Shown here: one piece after another, positions 1-7,907 of the stretch
Position numbering within the stretch: the first letter of the stretch is position 1
Layout of the letters: every line of letters begins with the position of its first letter
DNA from: Candidatus Methanophagales archaeon
GTDB lineage: Archaea > Halobacteriota > Syntropharchaeia > Alkanophagales > Methanospirareceae
NCBI GenBank assembly: GCA_030612835.1
Contig: JAUWND010000002.1
Location: forward strand, 1-42,129
Reading direction: 5' to 3'
DNA length: 42,129 bases
The notes under the pieces: generated by a model
Seen by the model: the letters and a program-made list of their open reading frames with translations, nothing else
Databases searched by the model: none
Told to the model about the DNA's origin: nothing
Translations under genes and position numbers: made by a program

Positions 1-100
1 GCATTTACGACACAAATGAGTAAATCTCTGGTCTTAGAGTATGAAGAGTTGATTAAAGAGCTCTATGGTGGTGGTGAGAAAGAGAAATGTTAATTAAGTA

Positions 101-276
101 TTGGGATCATAGGTATAGTATGGGTCATATGGCCTTATTTAGTTTAGGACGCAGATTTACGCAGATTTACGCAGAAAACTATTTCCTCAAAGTATCTAAT
201 AATCTCATCCGTCTATTAAACCATAAAAATATTTAAAATCCTGATTATCTGCGTTCATCTGCAGAAGTCCGATTAT
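101..276. repeat. Intergenic repeat element, copy A (10-bp unit family)
   Basis: Tandem units acgcagattt x2.5 at 149-178. Inverted, degenerate partner atctgcgttcatctgcagaagtc at 247-269. The segment ttgggatcataggtatagta (101-120) recurs at 5164-5187. Confidence 0.6.
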
Positions 277-377
277 CAAAAATTATTCTTCCTTGATTTA
301 TTACACGGGTTAACTATCTATCAAAACAAACTAATTATTGGAATACCAGACTTAAATATGCATGATGCCGGAACCAA

Positions 378-2294
378 ATGAAAGGAACTAATACCGCTCT
401 TTTCCCGTTCCCGTCGATAAGGGACGGGCAGCGTGAGTTTATGGAAGATGTAAAGGCTGCCGTAGAAGGTGGTAAAATCCTTGTCGCGCATGCACCCACA
501 GGGATAGGAAAAACAGTTGCCACTCTCGTCCCTGCATTGCAATACGCAGTGGAAAGCGGAAAAACTATCTTTTTCCTCACTTCCAAGCGCAGCCAGCATA
601 AGATCGCTATTGACACGCTCAGGCTGATAAAGGATCATGCAAAACGCGAGTTCACCACTGTTGATATTACCTCAAAGCAATCCATGTGCCCACGAACAAA
701 ACCAATACACAGGGAATTTTATTTCGTATTCAACGAATTTTGCAGGTCCGAACAGAAGAACAAAAGATGCCGCTATTTCATTAAACAGGACGAAGAAGCG
801 CTGCTGCGGCTAAAAAGCGAGATAATGCATGTGGAACAGTTATGCAACTGGTGCACCAAGAGAGGCGTATGCCCTTATAAGGTGGCTTTGGAAGCAGCAG
901 GAAGTGCAGATGTGATCGTCTGTGACTATAACTATCTCTTTTCCGCGGACATCACAGAACGGGTATTGGAGAAAATAGAGAAGGGGTTAGAAGATCTCAT
1001 TGTAATCGTTGATGAAGCTCATAACCTGCCAGACCGGATAAGGAGTAATCTCAGCAGTGAATTACGAATGAACACCGTAACAAGTATAGCACGAGATCTT
1101 CGCCGAATAGACCGAGAGATGCAGGGTAATCTCATGGGTTTGGAAAGTATATTCAAAAAATTAGCTATGGGTGCGAGTAAAGACAACAAGGACGAAATAA
1201 AAGTGGACCGGGATTTTCTGGTGGACGAGATGGAGAAGGGGTGGGGGCGGGGGCGAATAGAAGCGATGAGTTATGACGATTTTGTAAACTCACTCAGGAG
1301 CATTGCCGAAGACCTTGAAACCTCTGGTAGCAGGACTACGGACGACATGAGATATAAAAACGAGATGCTGCAGAGGGACCTACTCAGCGTTGCCGATTTC
1401 CTCGACGGCTGGAGCACAAGTGAGAAATGTCTCCGGATATTTTCGCTCACGCAGAAGGACTATCCGCGACTCTACTTCAAACTGCTTGATCCTTCGGTGA
1501 TAAGCGAGCCGATATTCGCTAAAGCACATTCAACCATATTAATGAGCGGCACGTTATGCCCAACCGAGATGTATGCCGATGTTTTAGGCGCATCTCCGGC
1601 TAGGATAAAAGGTAAGGAGATCGTTTTAAATGAATATGAGTCGCCTTTTCCATCTGAAAACCGTATGATTGTCGTTACAAAGGCGCTTACGACGAAATAT
1701 ACAAAAAGGGGCGAAGATATGTATAGGCAGATGGCGGTAAAGATAGGCGAAGTGGCTAAATATGTAAAAGGTGGCATGGCCGTCTTCTTCCCTTCATACG
1801 CGCTTCTCAAAAGCGTTGCTACATACTTGCCAGACGCAGTAAGGGGTAGGGTAATGGTAGAGCGGAGAGAGATGGGAAAGGAAGAGAAAAATAGGTTATA
1901 TGAAACACTAAGGGATGATACTGACGGTATATTGCTTGCCGTACAGGGTGGCTCGTTTTCCGAAGGCATGGATTACGAATCCAATACGCTAAAGGCGATT
2001 ATCGTGGTTGGATTGCCATTAAGCCCGCCAACACTGGAGGTAAAGATGATAGAGGGCTATTATGTGCGCAAATACGGGGCTGAAACCGGTAGGAACTACG
2101 GCTATCTCTACCCTGCGATTACAAAGGTGCTGCAAGCGGCTGGTAGAGGCATAAGAAGTGAGCTAGATCGTTGCATTATCGTTCTTATGGATTACCGATT
2201 TGCACAATATCCGTATAAGAACTGCCTACCCTCTGATTTCGATGTGACATATACCGGTAGATCAGAAGAGTATTGCAAAACGTTCTTCCGTTGA
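378..2294 (+). CDS. xpd: ATP-dependent DNA helicase, XPD/Rad3 (DinG) family, Fe-S cluster type
   Basis: Walker A AHAPTGIGKT and DEAH box VDEAHNL. Cys cluster between them (CPRTK...CRSEQKNKRC...C..C...CPY). Motif VI QAAGRGIR. Length of 638 aa is typical. Confidence 0.9.
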   Translation: MKGTNTALFPFPSIRDGQREFMEDVKAAVEGGKILVAHAPTGIGKTVATLVPALQYAVESGKTIFFLTSKRSQHKIAIDTLRLIKDHAKREFTTVDITSKQSMCPRTKPIHREFYFVFNEFCRSEQKNKRCRYFIKQDEEALLRLKSEIMHVEQLCNWCTKRGVCPYKVALEAAGSADVIVCDYNYLFSADITERVLEKIEKGLEDLIVIVDEAHNLPDRIRSNLSSELRMNTVTSIARDLRRIDREMQGNLMGLESIFKKLAMGASKDNKDEIKVDRDFLVDEMEKGWGRGRIEAMSYDDFVNSLRSIAEDLETSGSRTTDDMRYKNEMLQRDLLSVADFLDGWSTSEKCLRIFSLTQKDYPRLYFKLLDPSVISEPIFAKAHSTILMSGTLCPTEMYADVLGASPARIKGKEIVLNEYESPFPSENRMIVVTKALTTKYTKRGEDMYRQMAVKIGEVAKYVKGGMAVFFPSYALLKSVATYLPDAVRGRVMVERREMGKEEKNRLYETLRDDTDGILLAVQGGSFSEGMDYESNTLKAIIVVGLPLSPPTLEVKMIEGYYVRKYGAETGRNYGYLYPAITKVLQAAGRGIRSELDRCIIVLMDYRFAQYPYKNCLPSDFDVTYTGRSEEYCKTFFR

Positions 2295-2304
2295 GACACT
2301 ACAA

Positions 2305-2667
2305 CTACTCATCGAGACTTTCGAGTTCGTCACCGAATTCCTCTTCTACTTCCTTCGCCAGGTCATCGCCGGCGCCCACAGCCAGTGCAGCATCTAATAG
2401 CTCTTTTACATAATTCCACTTCTCAAGTGCTCTTCCTTGGTCATCGGGGAAAGTATAAGTCTTTCTCGCCCATTGGCTATCTATTATCTTTTCTCCCTCC
2501 ATTTTTTGCACCCAGTGAGTCTCTACGGAGATAAATTTGCCATAGTCTCCCTCTTTGATGAAACCTCTCAATACTTGCCTTGGTGTCCCATCCTCATTTT
2601 TCATAATCACTCTATATCCAACATCCTTTAATATCTTTATACTTGGTTTTGGTCTTACTTCGCTCAT
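2305..2667 (-). CDS. Hypothetical small protein with acidic C-terminal tail
   Basis: 120-aa ORF filling the gap after xpd on the opposite strand. No recognisable motif. C-terminus is EVEEEFGDELESLDE. Confidence 0.5.
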   Translation of the reverse strand: MSEVRPKPSIKILKDVGYRVIMKNEDGTPRQVLRGFIKEGDYGKFISVETHWVQKMEGEKIIDSQWARKTYTFPDDQGRALEKWNYVKELLDAALAVGAGDDLAKEVEEEFGDELESLDE

Positions 2668-2810
2668 GCTTCTTCTTTCACCTATACCCTCATAATTTAT
2701 ATACTCTTAATTTAATATTTTTGTATATTTAAACTATAATAAATAAAATTTCTTTGGTGGTGCTTTCTTTTTAATTGTATATAAAGTATAACTTCTACCT
2801 ACCTATTTGA

Positions 2811-2876
2811 GACGCAGATTTACACGGATTTACACAGATTTAATTTCTTCTGCGTTAATCTGTGTCAATAATTACT
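2811..2876. repeat. Intergenic repeat element, copy B (10-bp unit family)
   Basis: gacgcagatt tacacggatt tacacagatt ta is followed after about 6 nt by the inverted tctgcgttaatctgtgtc. It lies between divergent genes. Confidence 0.6.
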
Positions 2877-2969
2877 TTTAGCTGGATATTATGCGTTCTT
2901 GGCGTACTAAACGATTTCGTTAGTTAGTTACTTTATATTAGAACGCATATATAATATAGTAAGAGAGCT

Positions 2970-4028
2970 ATGAAAAAGGAAGCGATAAGAACAAATGGTA
3001 TTTTTGCCATTCTCGTTTTAGCCTTGACATTCACATTTACTGTTTTCATCGCTATCGGCAGTGCTGAGGTAACCGAGCTGGGAGTGAGCCCAGAAGTAGT
3101 TATACCGGGCGATAATGTATCGTTATCTGGGAGGGCAGTGCCAAACGAGACAGTATGGATAAAATCGTCATTTGTTATTTCTTTACCCGTTTCAGACGGC
3201 AAATATTCCGCGGAATTCGAGGACATATTCTTCCCGCCGGGCGAGAAGAAGTTCTCAGTAACCGCAGAGAATGTAGTAGATATTCGAATATCATTAAGTC
3301 CTTTAGCCTTTTATCCTGAGGTTGAATATCCTCCTGACAGCCCTCGGGAAGCAACCAGCGGCATCGCAACTATCGACATTTCAGTTCCGGTTACTATAGG
3401 ACGTTTTACGGTTAATATTGGTGGCGAAAAAGATGTCAAGGTATATGGAAATGCTGCAGAAGATGCCGAATTTGTAAACCTGAGCATTGATATGTCAATC
3501 AAAGTAATAGCGGATACGAATGGCGAGTTTAAACTGGATGTAAACACCGGCGGAGTACCTCTTGGCGAATTCATGATCACCGCAGGAGAACTAGAAAAGA
3601 CTGTCGAGGTAGTTTCTATAAAGCATGTATTTGATACAGGCTTGTCAGAAGATCCCTATCCCTGTATGTGTGGAATACATAACGGAACATTAACGCCAAA
3701 TCAGACAATTACGGTATCCCAACTCTATACATATTCCTGCCCCGGTACATGCGGGCACACGGAACGAGTAACAATCTGGAACGATAGGGGCGTTATTGTA
3801 GAAGCCAATTGGACTGGCTATGATGGCGATTGGCCTAATATTACCTTTGATGCAGTTACGCTCGTAGCTGGCGAGACTTACAACTACAGCTTTTGCACCG
3901 GCTCTTACCCTCAAATCATTCATGAACGTACGGCAAATGTGACTGGAGGGACAATCACATGCACCCAATTCATAGATGCCAATGGAAAGGTATATATTGA
4001 TTGGATTCCTGCTATAATATTATATTAA
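2970..4028 (+). CDS. Secreted/surface protein; N-terminal domain paralogous to the next gene, Cys-rich sequon-rich C-terminal domain
   Basis: N-terminal signal/TM segment (GIFAILVLALTFTFTVFIAIGSA). About 200 aa align with ORF 4063-5094 (VTELGVSPEVVIPGDNVSLSGRAVPNE vs VTDLNVNPSAVVPGETLSISGKATPNE). The C-terminal third has 7 Cys and many N-x-S/T sequons. Confidence 0.7.
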   Translation: MKKEAIRTNGIFAILVLALTFTFTVFIAIGSAEVTELGVSPEVVIPGDNVSLSGRAVPNETVWIKSSFVISLPVSDGKYSAEFEDIFFPPGEKKFSVTAENVVDIRISLSPLAFYPEVEYPPDSPREATSGIATIDISVPVTIGRFTVNIGGEKDVKVYGNAAEDAEFVNLSIDMSIKVIADTNGEFKLDVNTGGVPLGEFMITAGELEKTVEVVSIKHVFDTGLSEDPYPCMCGIHNGTLTPNQTITVSQLYTYSCPGTCGHTERVTIWNDRGVIVEANWTGYDGDWPNITFDAVTLVAGETYNYSFCTGSYPQIIHERTANVTGGTITCTQFIDANGKVYIDWIPAIILY

Positions 4029-4062
4029 AATAAGTTATACTTTGCTGACAAATTGAGTATCT

Positions 4063-5094
4063 GTGATAGAGATGAACATGAGACATATTAATGTGGTGCC
4101 GTGCATATGTCTATTGTTGCTCTTTGCGTTCATAGCATCAGTAACAAATGCAGGTGCAAGCGTAACGGACCTGAATGTGAACCCCTCTGCTGTTGTACCG
4201 GGTGAGACGCTGTCAATATCCGGGAAGGCAACACCAAACGAGGCGGTATCGCTGAAATCGTCATTTGTGATGTCTTTACCTGTTTCAGAAGGTAAGTATT
4301 CAGAAGAATTCAAAGGCATTTACTTCCCGGCTGGCGAGAAGACATTTTCGGTAAGAGCCAAGAACATAAAAGATATTCGCGTTTCGTTAGGTCCGATACT
4401 GTTTTTGGGGGCAGTTGAATATCCCACGGATGGCCCCCGAAAAGCAACGAGTGGTGTTGCTAGACTTTCTATTTCGCTTCCTGTATCCGTTTTCGGGATT
4501 ACTATTAATGTCGATGGCGAAAAAGATGTAAAGGTATATGGGGCAGCATTAGATGATGCAAGTTCTGTAATTCTGACAACTGACATGGAGATTAAAGTAC
4601 CCGCAGATAAAAATGGTGATTTTAAACTTGACCTTGATACCGAGGGAGTCCCGCTCGGTGAATTCTCGATTGCCGCAGGGGGAAAAGAAAAGACTGTTCA
4701 AATTGTTCGTACTAAACCCGAACCAACTCCCACGCCAAGACCGTCTCATGATCGTGACAAAGAACCAGACATCACGCCTACCCCAACTATAACACCTACT
4801 ATCGCCCCAACACCTTCATCAAGTCAAAAGTCTTCGATCGGTCCAACGTCTTCGCCAGGTCAAACGCAAACACCCGAACCTACGCAGAGTCAAAAGCAGA
4901 CGGCAACATCCGAATCCACGTCGGGCCAAAAGCAAACACCAACACCAGAACCCACGCCTGATCAAAAGCAAACGTCAACACCAGAACCATCGCCAAGTCC
5001 TCCGTCACGCCTAATACCTGGCTTTGAAGCCTTTTTCGCTATTGCAGGACTAATTACAGTTGCATATTTGGTGCTAGCATTAAGAAGGAAATGA
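4063..5094 (+). CDS. Surface protein with Pro/Thr-rich linker and PGF-CTERM archaeosortase sorting signal
   Basis: Signal peptide, a shared N-terminal domain, then a PT-rich linker. The C-terminus LIPGFEAFFAIAGLITVAYLVLALRRK has the PGF motif, a TM helix and a basic tail. GTG at 4063; ATG alternatives at 4072 and 4078. Confidence 0.8.
   Translation: MIEMNMRHINVVPCICLLLLFAFIASVTNAGASVTDLNVNPSAVVPGETLSISGKATPNEAVSLKSSFVMSLPVSEGKYSEEFKGIYFPAGEKTFSVRAKNIKDIRVSLGPILFLGAVEYPTDGPRKATSGVARLSISLPVSVFGITINVDGEKDVKVYGAALDDASSVILTTDMEIKVPADKNGDFKLDLDTEGVPLGEFSIAAGGKEKTVQIVRTKPEPTPTPRPSHDRDKEPDITPTPTITPTIAPTPSSSQKSSIGPTSSPGQTQTPEPTQSQKQTATSESTSGQKQTPTPEPTPDQKQTSTPEPSPSPPSRLIPGFEAFFAIAGLITVAYLVLALRRK
4891..4998 (+). 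repeat. Three tandem 36-nt coding repeats (QKQT-x-TPEP units) within the PT-rich linker (linker about 4711-5010)
   Basis: Units starting with caaaagca begin at 4891, 4927 and 4963. Confidence 0.8.
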
Positions 5095-5132
5095 GATTAA
5101 ATGATTTGTATTTGTATAGCTAAATAAAAAAA

Positions 5133-5269
5133 CCACGAGATTTCACAAGATTAACACGAGAACTTGGGATCATCAGGGTATAAAGTAGTTAGTAGTGTAC
5201 AGAAACTATGTTAGTATTATTCTTTTTCTCGTGTAAATCTGTGTAATCTTGTGGTTATAAAAAGGAGCT
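5133..5269. repeat. MITE-like palindromic intergenic element, copy C
   Basis: Arm ccacgagatttcacaagattaacacgagaa (5133-5162) pairs with the inverted arm ttctcgtgtaaatctgtgtaatcttgtgg (5226-5254). The reverse complement of 5218-5269 matches 37036-37087 with 2 mismatches in 52 nt. Confidence 0.8.
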
Positions 5270-5289
5270 AAACAAATATAATGATTTTA

Positions 5290-6801
5290 TTACAGCGAGT
5301 TCTTGAATAGCTCTTCGTCCTGCCCATAATTGCGATCCAATCGCAGTGCATGCTCGGCTTTTGTTAATTCCATGCTCAGATAAGCGGCATGTTCAACTAA
5401 GGAAATTAGGCCCAATCGTAGGATAGTATCCATCACCTCCTTTGCACTGTTGCCTATTATCCGCTTCCTGGTAGGTATATGTTCGGCATATATCATTGTT
5501 CTGTTTTCTACTGCACAAATACCTATTCTGAAACATCCCTTTGGATCTAGTTTCCACCCCTCAGTCATCATTGCCGGGATATTTAGCTCATCATGAAATC
5601 GCATGATCTGCTTCCTCCTCTTCTCCTTTAGCACTAAAAGGTCAAGTCCAATATCCTTGGGTGCGCTTTTACGTGTCTTTGCGAGCATCATCATCTCGGA
5701 TGCGACCCGCAGCTCTCTTACACTGCCTCTCGCCTTGTCACTGTATTCGGGAGTGAAGAGAATATCGGCATTCAAGTCAGATGCTATACCTGCTAAAGTC
5801 GCGTTTACACCCGTTGAATCTGCGTCCATAAGCTCTGTTACATTTCCAACGCCGAAGAAAAGGGGTGTGCCCTTGTCTTCCGCCCGGAACAGGTAATAGT
5901 TATATATTGAATTAGCAATTCCATATCCTATTGCATTCAACACGGGGTCTGCAATTAGGTGCTTTATGCCATGTTCCTTAGCCAGTTTCAGGTTTGCAAA
6001 TAGACTTTCAGGCGAGGAATCGGGAATTACAACCGCAGCAATATCATTCTTCGCTATCGCATCACTCACCTTTGGTATATTCTCGTTAGTCAGGCTGAGG
6101 ACCATATCAACGCCTGTCTCTATCCCCGTAAGAATAAGCTCCTCGTCCAGAGTATCAACAGAAAGAGGGACGTCGTCAGCGACGGCTAAAGCTGCTTTTA
6201 CTGCTCGTTTTACCTCGTCTGGTTTGGCACCGATATGAACGCCAAGATCTATTATGTCCGCGCCGTTTTCTAGGAAGTAAACCATCTTTCTTTCTATCGT
6301 ATCAGCACTGAGCTGTGTTGCATCCACAATTTCCGCACAGACTTTCAGTCTCGCACCGCCACCTATTTTCACACCTTTTATCGCAAATTCCGGGTTTATA
6401 TTGCATTCCAAAGCATCCAGGTGTGTCTTCGCATACTCTCTTCTCTTTATCGCTATAAGTTCATCGGCCGGTATTTGCGGCGATAATTGTATCTTCTCTG
6501 CGAATGGTAAAATATCTCCGAGATCATAGGCATGCCTGGGTCCCAACCGAATTGGCGTACCTATTTCTTTCTCTAAGCCACTAAAATCCGATTTGCAAAG
6601 ACCCGAAACTAAAATCAAATCGGACTTTTCAGAACGGTAAATCTTTTCTAACGCTCTTTTCAACGATTTGGGAGTGGAGAAAGCAGCAATGTTTATGTCT
6701 TGTGTAAGGACATCGCACTTCACAGAGGTTACACTTCTTATAGCTTCTGTAACCATACCCGCTGCTTCCTTTCCTGTTGCTAATAATACGCGCATTAGCA
6801 C
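5290..6801 (-). CDS. Dihydropteroate synthase-like (pterin-binding) protein with C-terminal DUF4346-like domain, methanogen MJ0107 type
   Basis: GADIIDLGVH pterin-binding-barrel-like motif. C-terminal VEHAAYLSMELTKAEHAL...YGQDE resembles DUF4346. Size about 500 aa. Confidence 0.6.
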   Translation of the reverse strand: MLMRVLLATGKEAAGMVTEAIRSVTSVKCDVLTQDINIAAFSTPKSLKRALEKIYRSEKSDLILVSGLCKSDFSGLEKEIGTPIRLGPRHAYDLGDILPFAEKIQLSPQIPADELIAIKRREYAKTHLDALECNINPEFAIKGVKIGGGARLKVCAEIVDATQLSADTIERKMVYFLENGADIIDLGVHIGAKPDEVKRAVKAALAVADDVPLSVDTLDEELILTGIETGVDMVLSLTNENIPKVSDAIAKNDIAAVVIPDSSPESLFANLKLAKEHGIKHLIADPVLNAIGYGIANSIYNYYLFRAEDKGTPLFFGVGNVTELMDADSTGVNATLAGIASDLNADILFTPEYSDKARGSVRELRVASEMMMLAKTRKSAPKDIGLDLLVLKEKRRKQIMRFHDELNIPAMMTEGWKLDPKGCFRIGICAVENRTMIYAEHIPTRKRIIGNSAKEVMDTILRLGLISLVEHAAYLSMELTKAEHALRLDRNYGQDEELFKNSL

Positions 6802-6807
6802 TTTGTA

Positions 6808-7776
6808 TTATATGGCGTTTTTGCTTTTCTTCTTCACGTTCAGCTTTTCTACGCCTTTTTTCCTTTTGAATTTCTTACTCTCCTTCTTCTCCAGATACAG
6901 CTTTAATAGCCCTGCGTTCAGCAGCCATGTATTCGCCAGATCCATAACGAGCCCGAAAAGAAGCACAAGCGATATATCCACCAATATAGGAATAGGCGCA
7001 AAATGAGAGGAAAACAAATGAATAGAAGAAGAAACGATGAACATGGCGAATACTGCAGATAGGGTAGTGAAAGTCATAGTTATGCCGGTTTTCATAGCTT
7101 TTCTTATCTTCACATCTAAATCGCCTTTTTTACGGAGCAGATTGGTCGTCAATAGTATGTTAGAGTCCACGGAATAGCCAATGAGCATGAGCAATGCTGC
7201 TACCGTGCCGAGCGATAATTCCATTCCTATCAGATTCATACAGGCAATTGCGACAACGATGTCAGAGAAAGCGGCGAAGATTACTGCTAATGGTGGGATG
7301 ATCATTCGGAACGCCACGAAGACAACAATAGCCATGAAAATAAAGGCGAATAGAATAGCCTTTAATGCCTGGGTTTGGTATTGTAACCCGAATTGTGCGC
7401 TAATACTCTCTAATTCGTACGTACCCACCCCATATTCGTTATTGAGCGTTCCTATCAGCCGGTCATACTCTAGCGAATCGCTTGTCAGATCGAATTCTAT
7501 CCGCTTCTCATTCCCTACGCCTGTTTCACCTACGAGGATGACCGAATAACTGTCAAACTTCGCAGCTAACGCTTCTTTCGTTTCGTCTGTGCTTATCTTC
7601 ACCCACGTACCGCCCGTGAAATCCATGCCTAAGTGGACCGGCGAACCAACGCTCATCTGCGTGTACGCGATCACGACGAAAGCGAGCAGCAAAAGGATAA
7701 GGGGTATCGCGATCAGTTTCTTCGCGGAATATTTCGTTATATCTATTTTGTCAAAGAAGCTTTCTTTCTCTCTCAT
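6808..7776 (-). CDS. secF: Protein-export membrane protein SecF
   Basis: N-terminal TM, LGMDFTGGTW motif, a periplasmic loop, then five C-terminal TM helices. Unusual Lys-rich C-terminal tail. No secD adjacent. Confidence 0.8.
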   Translation of the reverse strand: MREKESFFDKIDITKYSAKKLIAIPLILLLLAFVVIAYTQMSVGSPVHLGMDFTGGTWVKISTDETKEALAAKFDSYSVILVGETGVGNEKRIEFDLTSDSLEYDRLIGTLNNEYGVGTYELESISAQFGLQYQTQALKAILFAFIFMAIVVFVAFRMIIPPLAVIFAAFSDIVVAIACMNLIGMELSLGTVAALLMLIGYSVDSNILLTTNLLRKKGDLDVKIRKAMKTGITMTFTTLSAVFAMFIVSSSIHLFSSHFAPIPILVDISLVLLFGLVMDLANTWLLNAGLLKLYLEKKESKKFKRKKGVEKLNVKKKSKNAI

Positions 7777-7907
7777 ACTAGTTTCTCTTTTATTGGCATA
7801 TCCATATTGGATAGATAGGTATAAAGATTTATTTATGCTATTGTAACATTAAAGCATAGGAGTTATGTAATCATAATGACTATCATTTTGACCCAAAACG
7901 TTGGTAG

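Noticed and set aside
1-93. Open frame at the window start (...AFTTQMSKSLVLEYEELIKELYGGGEKEKC-stop)
   Set aside because: Only 30 codons are visible and there is no motif. It may be the 3' end of a real gene, but that cannot be supported from this window.
149-178. Possible CRISPR array (short tandem repeats here and at 19403-19454)
   Set aside because: The units are only 10 nt or about 16 nt long, directly abutting with no spacers, and reach at most 3-4 copies. No cas genes are in the window.
1238-1253. G-run ggggtgggggcggggg inside xpd as a G-quadruplex
   Set aside because: Only three runs of at least 4 G are present and they encode GWGRGR within a normal CDS. There is no fourth tract nearby.
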